Source of the DNA: a virus
DNA: 64,000 nucleotides
Virus record (IMG/VR): IMGVR_UViG_3300028837_001424
Location: 1-64,000 of that record
Reading direction: 5' to 3' (one strand)
The notes under the pieces: generated by a model
Told to the model about the DNA's origin: nothing
The model's input: only the letters and a program-made list of their open reading frames with translations
Database searches by the model: none
Made by a program: the position numbers and the translations under genes
Part shown: in pieces, positions 45,389-55,809 of the stretch
How the letters are laid out: each line of letters starts with the position of its first letter
How positions within the stretch are numbered: position 1 is the stretch's first letter

Positions 45389-46720
45389 ATGCCATCAAGA
45401 ATATATGCTGAGAATAGATTAGTAGTTCAAGATTATTTAATACAAGATTCATTTACTGATAGTGGCGAACTTGAAGATCATGCTCCTGATAGAGATTCAT
45501 TGCATGGCGGTTGGAATGAGGTTGTTGGTGATTGGGAGATAGTATTTAATAAGGCTAGCGTAACATCTGCAGTATTTCAAAATGAGTTTGCAATGATTGA
45601 TTCTGGTAAACGGAATGTTTGTATTCAGGCTGATTTAACATACGGTGCGGGCTGTAATGTTACGGGCATTTTTGGCATTTGTGGTGCCGGAGACCTGGAT
45701 CATAATTGCCTGGGTCTTTATTATATTAAAGATTATGGGTATTTGGGAATCGGCATAATAGACGGTGCGGGAACTTTTGCAGAATATAGCTGGAATGTTG
45801 GAGAAACAAAAAAAATGATGTTGGTTATTGAGGATAATCTTGTAGCGGGATATATTAATGGCGAGAAAAAGGTAGCGAGGGCGATGGCTGATTATCCGAC
45901 AAACACTTTGGTAGGCTTGGTACAAAAAAATTGCGATTCCAATCTTTGGGATAATTTTAGGGTTAGCCAGGGCAAATTACCAACACCATCAAGGTCAATA
46001 AGAGTTGGTGCAAGCTATGCGGTTGGTAGATTAGCGGTTCAGTCGGCAGTTTGGTCGCCCCTCGACATAGCTGATTGTGAATTATGGCTAGATGTCTCAC
46101 AAATTGTTGGATTGAATGATGGCGATGATGTTTCAGCTTGGGATGATTTAAGCGGTAATTCTAGACATGCTACACAAGCGATTGCTCTCGATAAACCACA
46201 TTTTCGGGAAGCCTATAGGAATGGGTTGGCTGCCGTTGAATTTGATGGAGCTAATCATTGGATGGATTTGGATCTATCATCTGCCATTGCCTTGGCGGAC
46301 CATACCATTATTGTTGCCTGTGAGACTAGAGACACTGCAACAACTGCCGATCAGCGTTTCCTATATGTGAATGTAGCTGGTGATGAGTTTTCGCTCAATT
46401 CCGTTACTGCAACTGCGGGTAAACTTGGGTGGTTTGATGGTGCATGGGAAAATGCGGCAAATGCCACGGATGCAGCACAGGTATTGTCGTTCCAATTAGC
46501 CGCCGCTGGTGCGGAGGTTTTTCGTGATGGAGTATCCATTGGTGATAGTTTAGGACTTGTAGCTCACCAACTAGCAGATGATGCTGCTCTATGCGCTAAT
46601 ACTGCTGGAAATTACCTGTTTGACGGATATTTATTTGAGTTTCTTATTTACAGTCCCATACTTAATGCCACAGATCGAGCGAAAGTAGAAGCCTATCTTA
46701 TAGCTAAATGGGGAATTTAG
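45389..46720 (+). CDS. Virion protein with LamG/ConA-like domains
   Basis: WLDVS...VSAWDDLSGNSRHATQ...FDG...KVEAYLIAKWGI. Confidence 0.7.
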   Translation: MPSRIYAENRLVVQDYLIQDSFTDSGELEDHAPDRDSLHGGWNEVVGDWEIVFNKASVTSAVFQNEFAMIDSGKRNVCIQADLTYGAGCNVTGIFGICGAGDLDHNCLGLYYIKDYGYLGIGIIDGAGTFAEYSWNVGETKKMMLVIEDNLVAGYINGEKKVARAMADYPTNTLVGLVQKNCDSNLWDNFRVSQGKLPTPSRSIRVGASYAVGRLAVQSAVWSPLDIADCELWLDVSQIVGLNDGDDVSAWDDLSGNSRHATQAIALDKPHFREAYRNGLAAVEFDGANHWMDLDLSSAIALADHTIIVACETRDTATTADQRFLYVNVAGDEFSLNSVTATAGKLGWFDGAWENAANATDAAQVLSFQLAAAGAEVFRDGVSIGDSLGLVAHQLADDAALCANTAGNYLFDGYLFEFLIYSPILNATDRAKVEAYLIAKWGI

Positions 46721-46735
46721 TAAAAGGAGCTAATC

Positions 46736-46951
46736 ATGGCGTTTTATGGATATACTCACGAAACAATAGAGGCAATGGAGAAGTTTTTCTCGGAACGCGA
46801 CATTCAAGCAATGGTCATAGATCAATGTGCCGTATTGCATGAAAGAATCTGCGCTTCTAACGAGCATGTGATCATCAAAACAGGCATTAATAAAGGTAGA
46901 TGCAAGTATTGTATGAAGATGATTGCCGAACCAATGCCATTACCTAAATAG
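46736..46951 (+). CDS. Hypothetical protein
   Basis: AAGGAG RBS. Confidence 0.5.
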   Translation: MAFYGYTHETIEAMEKFFSERDIQAMVIDQCAVLHERICASNEHVIIKTGINKGRCKYCMKMIAEPMPLPK

Positions 46952-47414
46952 CAACGCGCTTCTAATGACCAGTGGATTGAATTATTACACCGAAATGCTT
47001 AAGGCGGCCCGCGAAGGCCGTACCTTTACTTGCTGGGTTAATGACTATAAACCAGGCGACGGGCTTAATGTCGTAAATATGACTGGTTCTTTTCATAATC
47101 TAAATCCAGGAGAACAGGCAGTTATTACACAAATTGCATTTGGAATTGTTTCTATAAATGACAGTGCCCATTTTGAGGTTGGATACACTAGTGAGGGATA
47201 CTGTTCTGGAACATTTACTCCAATTCATTATCATGAAGAATTAACATCTGGAGCAGCAAAAGAATACAGCGCGATAAAAGATGAGACATTTTTACCACCA
47301 AAAGTTGTGAAATATTCTGATGTTGTAAAGTGCGTTTGCCTAAGAGCCGACTGTAGCGATTCAGACGTTGAGGTTACGGTAGGGTTTAGTGGCTGGGTCG
47401 AACCAGAGGATTAG
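46923..47414 (+). CDS. Putative virion beta-sandwich protein
   Basis: Lies in the structural operon; C-terminal GFSGWVE. Confidence 0.5.
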   Translation: MPNQCHYLNSNALLMTSGLNYYTEMLKAAREGRTFTCWVNDYKPGDGLNVVNMTGSFHNLNPGEQAVITQIAFGIVSINDSAHFEVGYTSEGYCSGTFTPIHYHEELTSGAAKEYSAIKDETFLPPKVVKYSDVVKCVCLRADCSDSDVEVTVGFSGWVEPED

Positions 47415-47428
47415 TAAGGAATAAAAAT

Positions 47429-48844
47429 ATGGCAACTTATATTGGCTGCGATGGCGCAGAACAACAGAACACAGCCCTAGCTTACAGTACAGCCGGCACT
47501 ATAACTATTGATACGACTACAACCTGGAAATCGGGTGCGTCGTTTCGTATGAATTTAGATAACGAACAAGCTGATCTATACTACGGTTCGCAAGTCAACG
47601 CAGCAGATTATTTCGATAACGTAGACACCCGACCTTGGGGCTATTCCTTCCACCTATACATTGCAACTCTTCCGGGCGCTGAGAAGTATCTTCATTTCAC
47701 AGCAGTAAACAAACTTGTTGGCGGCGTAAATATGAAGGCTCGTGTCGACGAGAATGGTCAAGTCAGCATGTGGTCTGATTTCGCTGGGGCATATGTCAAC
47801 AGTGACGCTAATATCTCAACGGGCATCTGGTACGCTGTCCACGTTAGGGTTTATATTCCGGCTGGCTCTTTTGAGCTTGATATGTACAGAGCAGATAATA
47901 GTGTACAAGCATTCAGCACGCTTGCACGAGCCTCTGGCAACCGTAGCTTTAACGGTTGCTATTTGGGAGCCGTGGAAAACAGCACTGGCGATATGTATTT
48001 CGACAACTTTATTATTTCGGGCAATTCAGACGGCGAGAACTGTCGCGATACCGTTGGAGACGATTGGGTTGTTGGTATCTTGATACCTGATGGCACGGGT
48101 GCCCATGATGATGCTTGCTGGGATAATGACTGGACATTTGTGGATGAAATTCCACCCGACGACTTGGTGACTACTAGATCATGTGCTACTTTGGCTAATG
48201 CATTTACCGAAACTATGGAGGCGATGTCTGCTCTAGATCCGCCAGGTGTTGCAACGATACTAGGCGTCCAGCCAGTCTATCATGCTGGCGGTGATGGCGG
48301 GGTGGGGGGACGCTGTGAGTTGAGATTCAGGAGTGGCGGAACAGACTTTGATGGGAACGATCACATACCTGGGGCTGGCTGGAATGAGTTTTTTAGATAT
48401 TGCATGACTGATCCCGACAATGGTGCATGGACCGAAGCTGCCATTAACGCCTGTGAAGTTGGCTGCGAAAAGACGGATAATAATAAGTTGGTTAGAATAT
48501 CGACTTGTTACTTGATGGTGGCCTATCTTCCACACCCTGCACCGACCGTTACCGACTGCGATCCTGATACTGGCCCTACTGCTGGCGGGACTAGCGTGAC
48601 TCTGGCTGGCACCGGATTTAGAGATGGCGCGACGGTAACTTTCGACGGAGACGCTGCCGACAATATAGTGGTTGTCGATCCAACAGAAATTACCTGTGAC
48701 ACTCCTGCGCACGCGAAGGGTCTAGTTGATATAATAGTGACTAATGACGATACGCAGTCTGGAACTTTAGAAAACGGATTTGAATATCTTGCCGGTAATG
48801 GCGGCAAGAGCCATGCTAAAAGACAACTACTAGGATTAATTTAA
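47429..48844 (+). CDS. Virion protein with C-terminal IPT/TIG domain
   Basis: APTVTDCDPDTGPTAGGTSVTLAGTGF...ITCDTPAH..G.VDI.VTN. Confidence 0.75.
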   Translation: MATYIGCDGAEQQNTALAYSTAGTITIDTTTTWKSGASFRMNLDNEQADLYYGSQVNAADYFDNVDTRPWGYSFHLYIATLPGAEKYLHFTAVNKLVGGVNMKARVDENGQVSMWSDFAGAYVNSDANISTGIWYAVHVRVYIPAGSFELDMYRADNSVQAFSTLARASGNRSFNGCYLGAVENSTGDMYFDNFIISGNSDGENCRDTVGDDWVVGILIPDGTGAHDDACWDNDWTFVDEIPPDDLVTTRSCATLANAFTETMEAMSALDPPGVATILGVQPVYHAGGDGGVGGRCELRFRSGGTDFDGNDHIPGAGWNEFFRYCMTDPDNGAWTEAAINACEVGCEKTDNNKLVRISTCYLMVAYLPHPAPTVTDCDPDTGPTAGGTSVTLAGTGFRDGATVTFDGDAADNIVVVDPTEITCDTPAHAKGLVDIIVTNDDTQSGTLENGFEYLAGNGGKSHAKRQLLGLI

Positions 48845-49110
48845 TGGAAATTCCTCCTGAGGCAATCGTCAATGAAGCAGGTCAAGTTGCAATGTGCCAC
48901 AGGAGACCTAGGCAAGTTTGCGTCAAGTGTGCTAACCGAAGCCATGTTTTTGTTCTTCGAGGCAATTGGGCACTTACATGGGTTGAAAGAGAAGATGTGC
49001 CATGTATACTTGCCAAACGCTCAAAGCGTGGTTGTTGTGGCGGTAATAGCAGAAAGGCGTTTATGTTCGCCACAGCAGCGGCGATTAATTTATGGAATAT
49101 GACGAAATAA
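48844..49110 (+). CDS. Small Cys-rich protein
   Basis: GCCGG; TAATG coupling. Confidence 0.5.
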   Translation: MEIPPEAIVNEAGQVAMCHRRPRQVCVKCANRSHVFVLRGNWALTWVEREDVPCILAKRSKRGCCGGNSRKAFMFATAAAINLWNMTK

Positions 49111-49123
49111 TTTATTCATTAAC

Positions 49124-49152
49124 TTGCACAATGTCAATTTGTTTTGTAAAAT
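49124..49152 (+). promoter_or_regulatory. Sigma70 promoter heading the glycosylation operon
   Basis: TTGCAC-17nt-TAAAAT. Confidence 0.55.
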
Positions 49153-49176
49153 AGGTAAACACTTTAGGAGACGATC

Positions 49177-49677
49177 ATGACTGAATCAAATGTTGAAGAG
49201 GCCAAAGGATATACCAAAGAAGCGCTGATGCGAATGAGTAAGCAAGAAATCATCGCAGTGGCAGACGAGATCGGCGTTGATCTTTCTGTTTTGCCTAAGC
49301 TTACCGAAGACTCGATTTCTGACGCCATCTTGGTTTTTCTTGAGCCTTATCTGGAAAAAGATGGTTCATTAGACGAGCTTCCAGTTGAGTATATTGAGGA
49401 AGAATTGGCAGAACCGACTGAGCCAGTCGAGTTAGAGGGACTGGTGGAACCAGAAGAGCCGACCGAGACTCCTGAGCCATGCGAAACGGAAGAGGTGGCG
49501 GAATCAGAGGAGCCGGCTGAAGCAGAAGAACAAATCGAATCGGAAGAGCCTGTCGAGCCTGAAGAGCCATCAGGTCCAGATCCCACCGTAATGTCTGGTT
49601 CTCATCAAGAGATTCTAAGGCCTGTCAAGATTGAACAATCTGTTAGGGTGCGGCGCATAGCGGAAAGCAATAAGTGA
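49177..49677 (+). CDS. Acidic Glu/Pro-rich protein with a Rho-N-like motif
   Basis: LMRMSKQEIIAVADEIG; EEPxE repeats. Confidence 0.6.
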   Translation: MTESNVEEAKGYTKEALMRMSKQEIIAVADEIGVDLSVLPKLTEDSISDAILVFLEPYLEKDGSLDELPVEYIEEELAEPTEPVELEGLVEPEEPTETPEPCETEEVAESEEPAEAEEQIESEEPVEPEEPSGPDPTVMSGSHQEILRPVKIEQSVRVRRIAESNK

Positions 49678-50495
49678 AAATTGCTGTTACAGGACCTAAA
49701 GGGCGGCTAGGCTCTTGCCTAGTAGATAAAGGTTGTATCCCGCTTGACTTTGATATAAACAATCCAAGTCTTGTCGAGAGCGAACTGGATAGCATTAAGC
49801 CAGATGTACTTATAAACTGTGCAGCCTGGACCGATGTAGACGGTGCGGAGGTGGGCGAAAATCTTTATGAGGTGCTTCTTACCAATCTACGCTCACCTGG
49901 CATCCTAAGGGTAAATCACGAAGGCTTGTTTGTTCAGATATCCACTGGATATGTATTTGGAAATGATGAAGGCCCTTTTACTGAGGCAGATGAACCAGAT
50001 CCATTGAGTTGGTACGGTTGGTCGAAATTCGGAGGCGAGAAGGCCGCCGAAATACGCTCTCCAACTTTGATTATTCGAACGCTTGATTTATTTGGAATTA
50101 ACACTAGAACTGATTTTGTGAAACAAGTACGAGAAATGATTGAATCAAATTCCCAAATAGAATTGCCCGATAATCTTTTTGGTACACCTACTTATATTCC
50201 ACATTTAGCCGAGGCTTTGCTGATAGCAATCGAACGCGGTTTAACTGGCATTATAAACATCGCGGGCGATCTCACTCTGAGCCGCTACGATTGGGGAAGA
50301 ACGATAGCTAGACATTTTGGGGCTGACCCTGACATTATAGTACCTACCCAAACGATAAAGGGTAAGGCGCAGAGGCCACTGCGGGGTGGCTTGAATGTCA
50401 ACAACGCCCAAAAACTAGGTCTTCCTATTTATTCTCCCATCGATGGATTACGCGGCATATCGGAGTGGGAGAATGCCAGGGGTAAAGCCTTCTGA
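49674..50495 (+). CDS. rfbD: dTDP-4-dehydrorhamnose reductase-like SDR
   Basis: TGPKGRLG, NCAAWTDVDGAE, STGYVF, YGWSKFGGE, GTPT. Confidence 0.85.
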   Translation: MKIAVTGPKGRLGSCLVDKGCIPLDFDINNPSLVESELDSIKPDVLINCAAWTDVDGAEVGENLYEVLLTNLRSPGILRVNHEGLFVQISTGYVFGNDEGPFTEADEPDPLSWYGWSKFGGEKAAEIRSPTLIIRTLDLFGINTRTDFVKQVREMIESNSQIELPDNLFGTPTYIPHLAEALLIAIERGLTGIINIAGDLTLSRYDWGRTIARHFGADPDIIVPTQTIKGKAQRPLRGGLNVNNAQKLGLPIYSPIDGLRGISEWENARGKAF

Positions 50496-50937
50496 GCGTC
50501 CTCTAAACTCAGTTCTTTTCTTAACCTATAAAAGAGCCGATCTTATAGACGAGCGTATTAGAGAGATTGAGCGCTTGTACTCTTCGCGTTCCGACGTTGA
50601 GCTTATTGTATTTGATAACGGTTCTGAGGGTTCGAACATCGCATTATGCCTTTTGGCACAGTCCGAGGTGGCCAGACTCAATAATTGGAAACTACAATTT
50701 CATACACATAAGATTGAAAAGAATGTCGGCTTTTCGGCTGGCTGGAATGAGGCTTTGCAATTCGCGAATGGCGAATATATATTCTTGCTCAGTGACGACG
50801 TACAGGCATTTGGCGATTTTATTACACCGGTTATTGCCGCATTAAAAGTAGCACCTAACGCAATTGTTGGGGAAGCGTATATTAATTGGCCCGCTGGCTG
50901 GAATGAGTTTGGGCACCTTCCACCAAAGGAGCCATGA
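50473..50937 (+). CDS. GT2 glycosyltransferase, apparently C-terminally truncated
   Basis: VFDNGS, NVGFSAGWN, FLLSDD; the usual GGFD/ED region is missing. Confidence 0.65.
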   Translation: MPGVKPSERPLNSVLFLTYKRADLIDERIREIERLYSSRSDVELIVFDNGSEGSNIALCLLAQSEVARLNNWKLQFHTHKIEKNVGFSAGWNEALQFANGEYIFLLSDDVQAFGDFITPVIAALKVAPNAIVGEAYINWPAGWNEFGHLPPKEP

Positions 50938-51194
50938 TGACTGATCCAATCAAACCCAGTATTGATGAGATTGATGTTGAACATTTGGAGATTAAGCGAA
51001 TAATCCCGATTCATCCCGAAGCCAAATATATGATCTTATGTGGCCCTGATGTTTTACAAGCAGAGGCCGATCAATTGGCGGTTAGGATAAAAGAATGGTA
51101 CTCAGATCCCGAAACGCCAATTGCGATTGTAATGGGAGATATTTCGCTTGTCAGGGTTGACAAGATAACCGATGAGGCGTTGGACATTGGCTAA
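50934..51194 (+). CDS. Hypothetical protein
   Basis: ATGA coupling. Confidence 0.5.
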   Translation: MMTDPIKPSIDEIDVEHLEIKRIIPIHPEAKYMILCGPDVLQAEADQLAVRIKEWYSDPETPIAIVMGDISLVRVDKITDEALDIG

Positions 51195-52155
51195 GAAAAA
51201 GAAACTCAAGGTCATAATAACAGGTATTTGGTATCCAGTAGCAATCTGTCGATACCTGTGGGAAGCCTTACTCAGCTATCCCAATATTGAAACATGGTGT
51301 GCTGGTCCTTATGCAGGGCGCGAAATCCCTTGGGCTAATAAAGAAAATCCAAGAGGAATGAATCTGCCACAAAAATATGTACTCAAGCCAGATCACCCGA
51401 CGCCAATGACCCAACCTCCGATGGTTTCTTATGCAATGCTTGAGAAACACAAGCCCTGGGAACCCGACCTGTGGTTGGAAGTAAACGCCGGATTGCAGGC
51501 TATAGGTAAGCCGATTAGTGCGCCATTGGCTGTTGTAGCAACAGATCCTCATGTGCTCAACTACACAGGTGCGCGCGAGCGCGCAGATTACTTTTTCAAT
51601 ATGCAAACGCCCTATATGAAGTCAGGTGACATCTGGCTACCATATGCATATTCCCCTAAGTGGCACGCGCAAACGGATAAACCAATCAGAGAGCGCGAGT
51701 GGGACGCCGCCTTGATCGGCCTTCAATACCCCAACCGAATAAATCTTGTGAATAGGTTGCGCCAGCCAAACAATCATCTACACAGGGAAGGCGCTGGTTT
51801 CAAAGTCTTCTCGAAGCTAGGACCGTCCTATGATGATGCCCGTGAGATTTATCACAACACGAAGATAGGACTCAATTGGTCAAGTCTTCAAGACACAACG
51901 GCTAGATGCTACGAACTGATGGCCTTTGGTATACCAGCGGTTATGAACAGAGTTCCCGATCTCATGAAGCTTTTTAAGGATCGTCGAGATTTCCTTGGCT
52001 TTGACAGTGAGGACGAGGCCGTAGCCATCATTCACGAGCTTCTAAACGATATGGACTGGGCGGAGGAAGTTGGAAAGCAAGGACGCAAGGCCGTTGAGGA
52101 ACATACTTGGGAAGCAAGAATAAAAACCATTATACAAGAGACAGGAGTGATTTAA
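51172..52155 (+). CDS. Glycosyltransferase, CgeB/YkvP-like (GT-B)
   Basis: WLPYAY, KIGLN, RCYELMAFG, HTWEAR. Confidence 0.8.
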   Translation: MRRWTLAKKKKLKVIITGIWYPVAICRYLWEALLSYPNIETWCAGPYAGREIPWANKENPRGMNLPQKYVLKPDHPTPMTQPPMVSYAMLEKHKPWEPDLWLEVNAGLQAIGKPISAPLAVVATDPHVLNYTGARERADYFFNMQTPYMKSGDIWLPYAYSPKWHAQTDKPIREREWDAALIGLQYPNRINLVNRLRQPNNHLHREGAGFKVFSKLGPSYDDAREIYHNTKIGLNWSSLQDTTARCYELMAFGIPAVMNRVPDLMKLFKDRRDFLGFDSEDEAVAIIHELLNDMDWAEEVGKQGRKAVEEHTWEARIKTIIQETGVI

Positions 52156-52157
52156 TT

Positions 52158-53069
52158 ATGAAATGTGTCGTGATTGGAGGTTCGGGATTTCTTGGCGGCG
52201 CAATAGTTGACGAGCTAGTGGCAAGAGGCGATCAAGTTATTAGTGCCGATAGGAATATTCGCGAATTGAAAGATGGTGTCGAGAGCCGCTTCTGTGACTT
52301 GACGGAACCATCAACCATAAAAGATGTGGTTGATGGCGCAGACGAGGTTTATCTGATAGCTGGCGTTCTTGGAACGTCTGAATTGGATGATCAGATTATT
52401 AGTGCGATTAGAGTAAATGTGATGGGAGCAGTGAATACCCTAAATGCCTGCGTCGAAGCTGGCGTAAAACGATTGTTCTACCCAAGCAAGCCCAATCCTT
52501 GGTTGAATACTTATACAATCACCAAGATCGCGGCAGAGCAATTCATGAAGATATACCACGAAAGATATGATCTGAACGTCATTGTAATGAGATGGTTTAA
52601 TGCTTATGGGCCAGGACAACATGCTTATCCTGTGAGGAAAATTGTTCCGACATTTTGCTTACAAGCAAGATACGGAGAGCTTTTGACCATATTTGGGACG
52701 GGCGAGAACGTATGCGATCTTGTGTCCTCCAGGGATATTGCCCGGTGGTCCGTTGAGGCAACGAGGCTGGAATTGTGTAAGCAAGTTTGGGATTTTGGCC
52801 GTGGAATAGGAATGACGGTCAACCAAGTAGCGGCAGATATTCTTACCGTTGCTGATAAAGATGTGCGAAATGTTCAACATATACCAATGCGTAGGGGCGA
52901 AGTTGAGGGAACGAAATTGGTGGCAGACATCGATGATTTGAGGGATGCGTTTGCCCAAAAAGGGAAAAAGATATATTTCGAATCATGGATGGAAACGCTC
53001 AGGGAAACCTATCGATATTACGAGCATTTGCCAATGGAGAAATTATTAAAAGCAATGGAGATCTGGTAA
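52158..53069 (+). CDS. NAD-dependent epimerase/dehydratase
   Basis: GGSGFLG, YTITK, RWFNAYGPGQ. Confidence 0.88.
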   Translation: MKCVVIGGSGFLGGAIVDELVARGDQVISADRNIRELKDGVESRFCDLTEPSTIKDVVDGADEVYLIAGVLGTSELDDQIISAIRVNVMGAVNTLNACVEAGVKRLFYPSKPNPWLNTYTITKIAAEQFMKIYHERYDLNVIVMRWFNAYGPGQHAYPVRKIVPTFCLQARYGELLTIFGTGENVCDLVSSRDIARWSVEATRLELCKQVWDFGRGIGMTVNQVAADILTVADKDVRNVQHIPMRRGEVEGTKLVADIDDLRDAFAQKGKKIYFESWMETLRETYRYYEHLPMEKLLKAMEIW

Positions 53070-53075
53070 GTATTT

Positions 53076-53372
53076 ATGACGGAAAAAGATTGTATCTATG
53101 AGGCAATTGCCGCGCACTACGAGCGCATGATAACCTATAACGTGCGCGAGGCACTTGTGATGAACAAATGCCTTCATTCAGTAAGCGGGCTTTACGACGT
53201 GCTTTGGCAGCATAAGCGAGAGCTTATTATGTGCGGTGCATTTGATCAACTATGGGAAAGTGCTAACGCCTTGATGCAAGTAATTGAAGTGCGCGCAGAA
53301 ATTACGGGATTAAGGGCTATTTCATCAGAGAGTATGACCAAGGATATTACAAATAAACTGAAGGATCTTTAG
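53076..53372 (+). CDS. Hypothetical protein
   Basis: ORF in the operon. Confidence 0.5.
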   Translation: MTEKDCIYEAIAAHYERMITYNVREALVMNKCLHSVSGLYDVLWQHKRELIMCGAFDQLWESANALMQVIEVRAEITGLRAISSESMTKDITNKLKDL

Positions 53373-53376
53373 GTAA

Positions 53377-54051
53377 ATGGGCAAAAAACTTGTTCCCACA
53401 TCGGCAATATTTGAATTGAAAGATGCTCATAAATTTGGCATAGGAAAGGGACTAGAAATTCATGAGCGAATGAAGGGGCGCTATGCAGGCCAACCTTATG
53501 ATTGGGGCGTTTTAGCAGAAATGATTAAGTGGGCAGGAGACGGGGATCATTTAGAAATCGGAACATTGTTTGGAGGAAGTGCCATATTATCGGCGTTGAC
53601 GAAAATTAAATATGGGCTAAGTGGCAATATTATTTGCGTCGATCCACTAGATAGTTATTACGGCATTAAAGTCGATCCTGGAAGCAACGTTCCAGTCACA
53701 CCCGAAATTGTGAGAAAGAATCTTGAGCTTTTCAATGTTCAGGATCGAATTGAGCTAGTGACTAAGAAATCTCAACCCTGGCCCTTGCCTCCAAACCGCA
53801 AGTTTAATAGTGCATATATAGATGGTCAGCATGATTATAAGGCCTGTTTATCAGATTGGGTAAATTGCGAAGCTTGTGTTGATAAGGTAATACAATTTGA
53901 TAATCATGACATGGCACACGCTGCTATTTGCAACGTCGTTTCTCAAGTGTCTAAAGACGAATGGTTAACTGTACATATTAGTGGAATAAGCGCCGTGTTG
54001 GCGAGGCGTACTTGGCTTAGGCCCGATTGGAAAAAGAGGGAATTATGGTAA
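53377..54051 (+). CDS. SAM methyltransferase (Methyltransf_24-like)
   Basis: LEIGTLFGGSA, VDP, YIDGQHDY. Confidence 0.82.
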   Translation: MGKKLVPTSAIFELKDAHKFGIGKGLEIHERMKGRYAGQPYDWGVLAEMIKWAGDGDHLEIGTLFGGSAILSALTKIKYGLSGNIICVDPLDSYYGIKVDPGSNVPVTPEIVRKNLELFNVQDRIELVTKKSQPWPLPPNRKFNSAYIDGQHDYKACLSDWVNCEACVDKVIQFDNHDMAHAAICNVVSQVSKDEWLTVHISGISAVLARRTWLRPDWKKRELW

Positions 54052-54773
54052 ACAAAGATTTAAATATCGAGAATTACAAAAATCGCCATCTTGGAGAGCG
54101 GGCATTTATTGTAGGCAATGGTCTAGGCACAACTCCCGAAATACTGGATCGACTTGAGCATTCTGGATGGATCACATTTGGAATGAACCGTATTGGAATG
54201 ATCTTCCCCAAAACTTCCTGGCGTCCAAGATTTTATATAGGCACTACCTCGGCTATAAATGATCCTATCCATAGACCCGATAATCTGGCTGGTATTCGCT
54301 CGTCTGAGATTGCTTTTTGCTGTGATGGCTACAAGAATTATCTGGATGAAAGTATTAACGATAACGTGATTTATCTTAGTTGCTCCCAGCTTGAGGATTG
54401 GCTAGGAAAACACAATGAAGCAACCAATGATTTTTGGTCAGACGATATATCTAATCGCCTTTCTAAATTTGCTTGCACCGCTTTTCCGGCAATGCAGGTG
54501 GCGGCTTATTTAGGACTTAATCCGATTTATCTTATTGGTTGCGACGCGGACTACAGACCTCCTGTTGATGGCGTCGATCCATCTCACTTTGATCCTAAAT
54601 ATAGACCGTGGCACGCGTATCCAAGTTACGAGAACTTGAATCTAGGTATACAACGGGCACACGAAATAGCGCAAGTGGCTGCAGACAGATTGGGAATAGA
54701 AATAATTAATATTTCCCCAATCAGCGAAATTACTGCCCATACGTTTGGAAGCTTGGACGAGGCATTGGCATGA
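54045..54773 (+). CDS. DUF115/MptE-like (Maf/sialyltransferase-like) protein
   Basis: YKNRHLGERAFIVGNG, FGMNRI, AAYLGLNPIYLIGCD, SHFDPKY. Confidence 0.78.
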   Translation: MVNKDLNIENYKNRHLGERAFIVGNGLGTTPEILDRLEHSGWITFGMNRIGMIFPKTSWRPRFYIGTTSAINDPIHRPDNLAGIRSSEIAFCCDGYKNYLDESINDNVIYLSCSQLEDWLGKHNEATNDFWSDDISNRLSKFACTAFPAMQVAAYLGLNPIYLIGCDADYRPPVDGVDPSHFDPKYRPWHAYPSYENLNLGIQRAHEIAQVAADRLGIEIINISPISEITAHTFGSLDEALA

Positions 54774-55168
54774 CTAAACCCAAAAGTGCATTCAGTGGAC
54801 ACAAATTTAATATAGTTAGATGGCGCGGAAACCCAACGGAAGCAACGCTAAAAAGCGGACATGTTGTACGCAAAGAAAAATATATTTATTATCGTGACAC
54901 GAATGACAGGTGGATTGCTGTACGTGCCTCCGACTATCATGGCGAACACTTTGTCTATGTTGATCCACTTTTCAACGATGGTGTATTAGGGCATTTCTCG
55001 TTTATGTGTACTTGTGGTAGCCCCGCGGTTATTGTAGGCCCGGCAGACGCCGCACTAGAAGACACTAATTGCCCAGAACGATTATTGGTGTGCTACATAT
55101 ACCATCTTACGCTTACAAAGTATGGTCACGGCTGGCATCAAACCAGCGATGGTAGGAGATGGGTATGA
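54770..55168 (+). CDS. Hypothetical protein
   Basis: CTCG...C..H...H motif. Confidence 0.55.
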   Translation: MTKPKSAFSGHKFNIVRWRGNPTEATLKSGHVVRKEKYIYYRDTNDRWIAVRASDYHGEHFVYVDPLFNDGVLGHFSFMCTCGSPAVIVGPADAALEDTNCPERLLVCYIYHLTLTKYGHGWHQTSDGRRWV

Positions 55169-55809
55169 AACTTAGTCATGAGGCCTGGTTTTTGGGGCTT
55201 AAACTGGAAGGGGAAATCAAAAAGAAACTGGTTGGCGAGTATCAAATGTGGGATAACCAGTTGGGTTTGCTCGCGCAAGTCGTTGAATGTGCCGGCAATG
55301 GATATCATCTTGACATAGGTACAATGTGGGGAGGATCAGCGATATTAGCCGCACTGGTAAAAAAGAGGATGGGCTTAGGCGGACTGGTTTATACAGTTGA
55401 TCCTCTTGATCAACAATTTTTTGATGATAATAAGGGTTATTTGAGCAGTCATAAAGACCCAGTTATACCTACAGTTGAACAAATACTGGAAAACTTCAAG
55501 ACTTTTGGTGTCGAAGATCGAATTATTTTCAAGCAAGTTAAATCATCAGATTTGCCATATCAGTTTAGACGTTTACCAGTATCGGCATTTATTGATGGGG
55601 CACACGACTTTGACAGCGTATTAATTGACTGGGCAACTTGTAGCAAATATTGCAATTTTATAATGTTCCATGATTATTCTGAGATCTCGGCTTGGAAGGG
55701 CGTGAATGAAGTGGTTGATAGATATGTGCTCAAGGACGATAAATTTGAAGTGCTAGGCGAGGCAATACACTGTATCGCTTTTGTAAGAAAAGAACAAGAG
55801 AATATATAA
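55165..55809 (+). CDS. SAM methyltransferase (Methyltransf_24-like)
   Basis: LDIGTMWGGSA, FIDGAHD, FHDY. Confidence 0.82.
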   Translation: MKLSHEAWFLGLKLEGEIKKKLVGEYQMWDNQLGLLAQVVECAGNGYHLDIGTMWGGSAILAALVKKRMGLGGLVYTVDPLDQQFFDDNKGYLSSHKDPVIPTVEQILENFKTFGVEDRIIFKQVKSSDLPYQFRRLPVSAFIDGAHDFDSVLIDWATCSKYCNFIMFHDYSEISAWKGVNEVVDRYVLKDDKFEVLGEAIHCIAFVRKEQENI

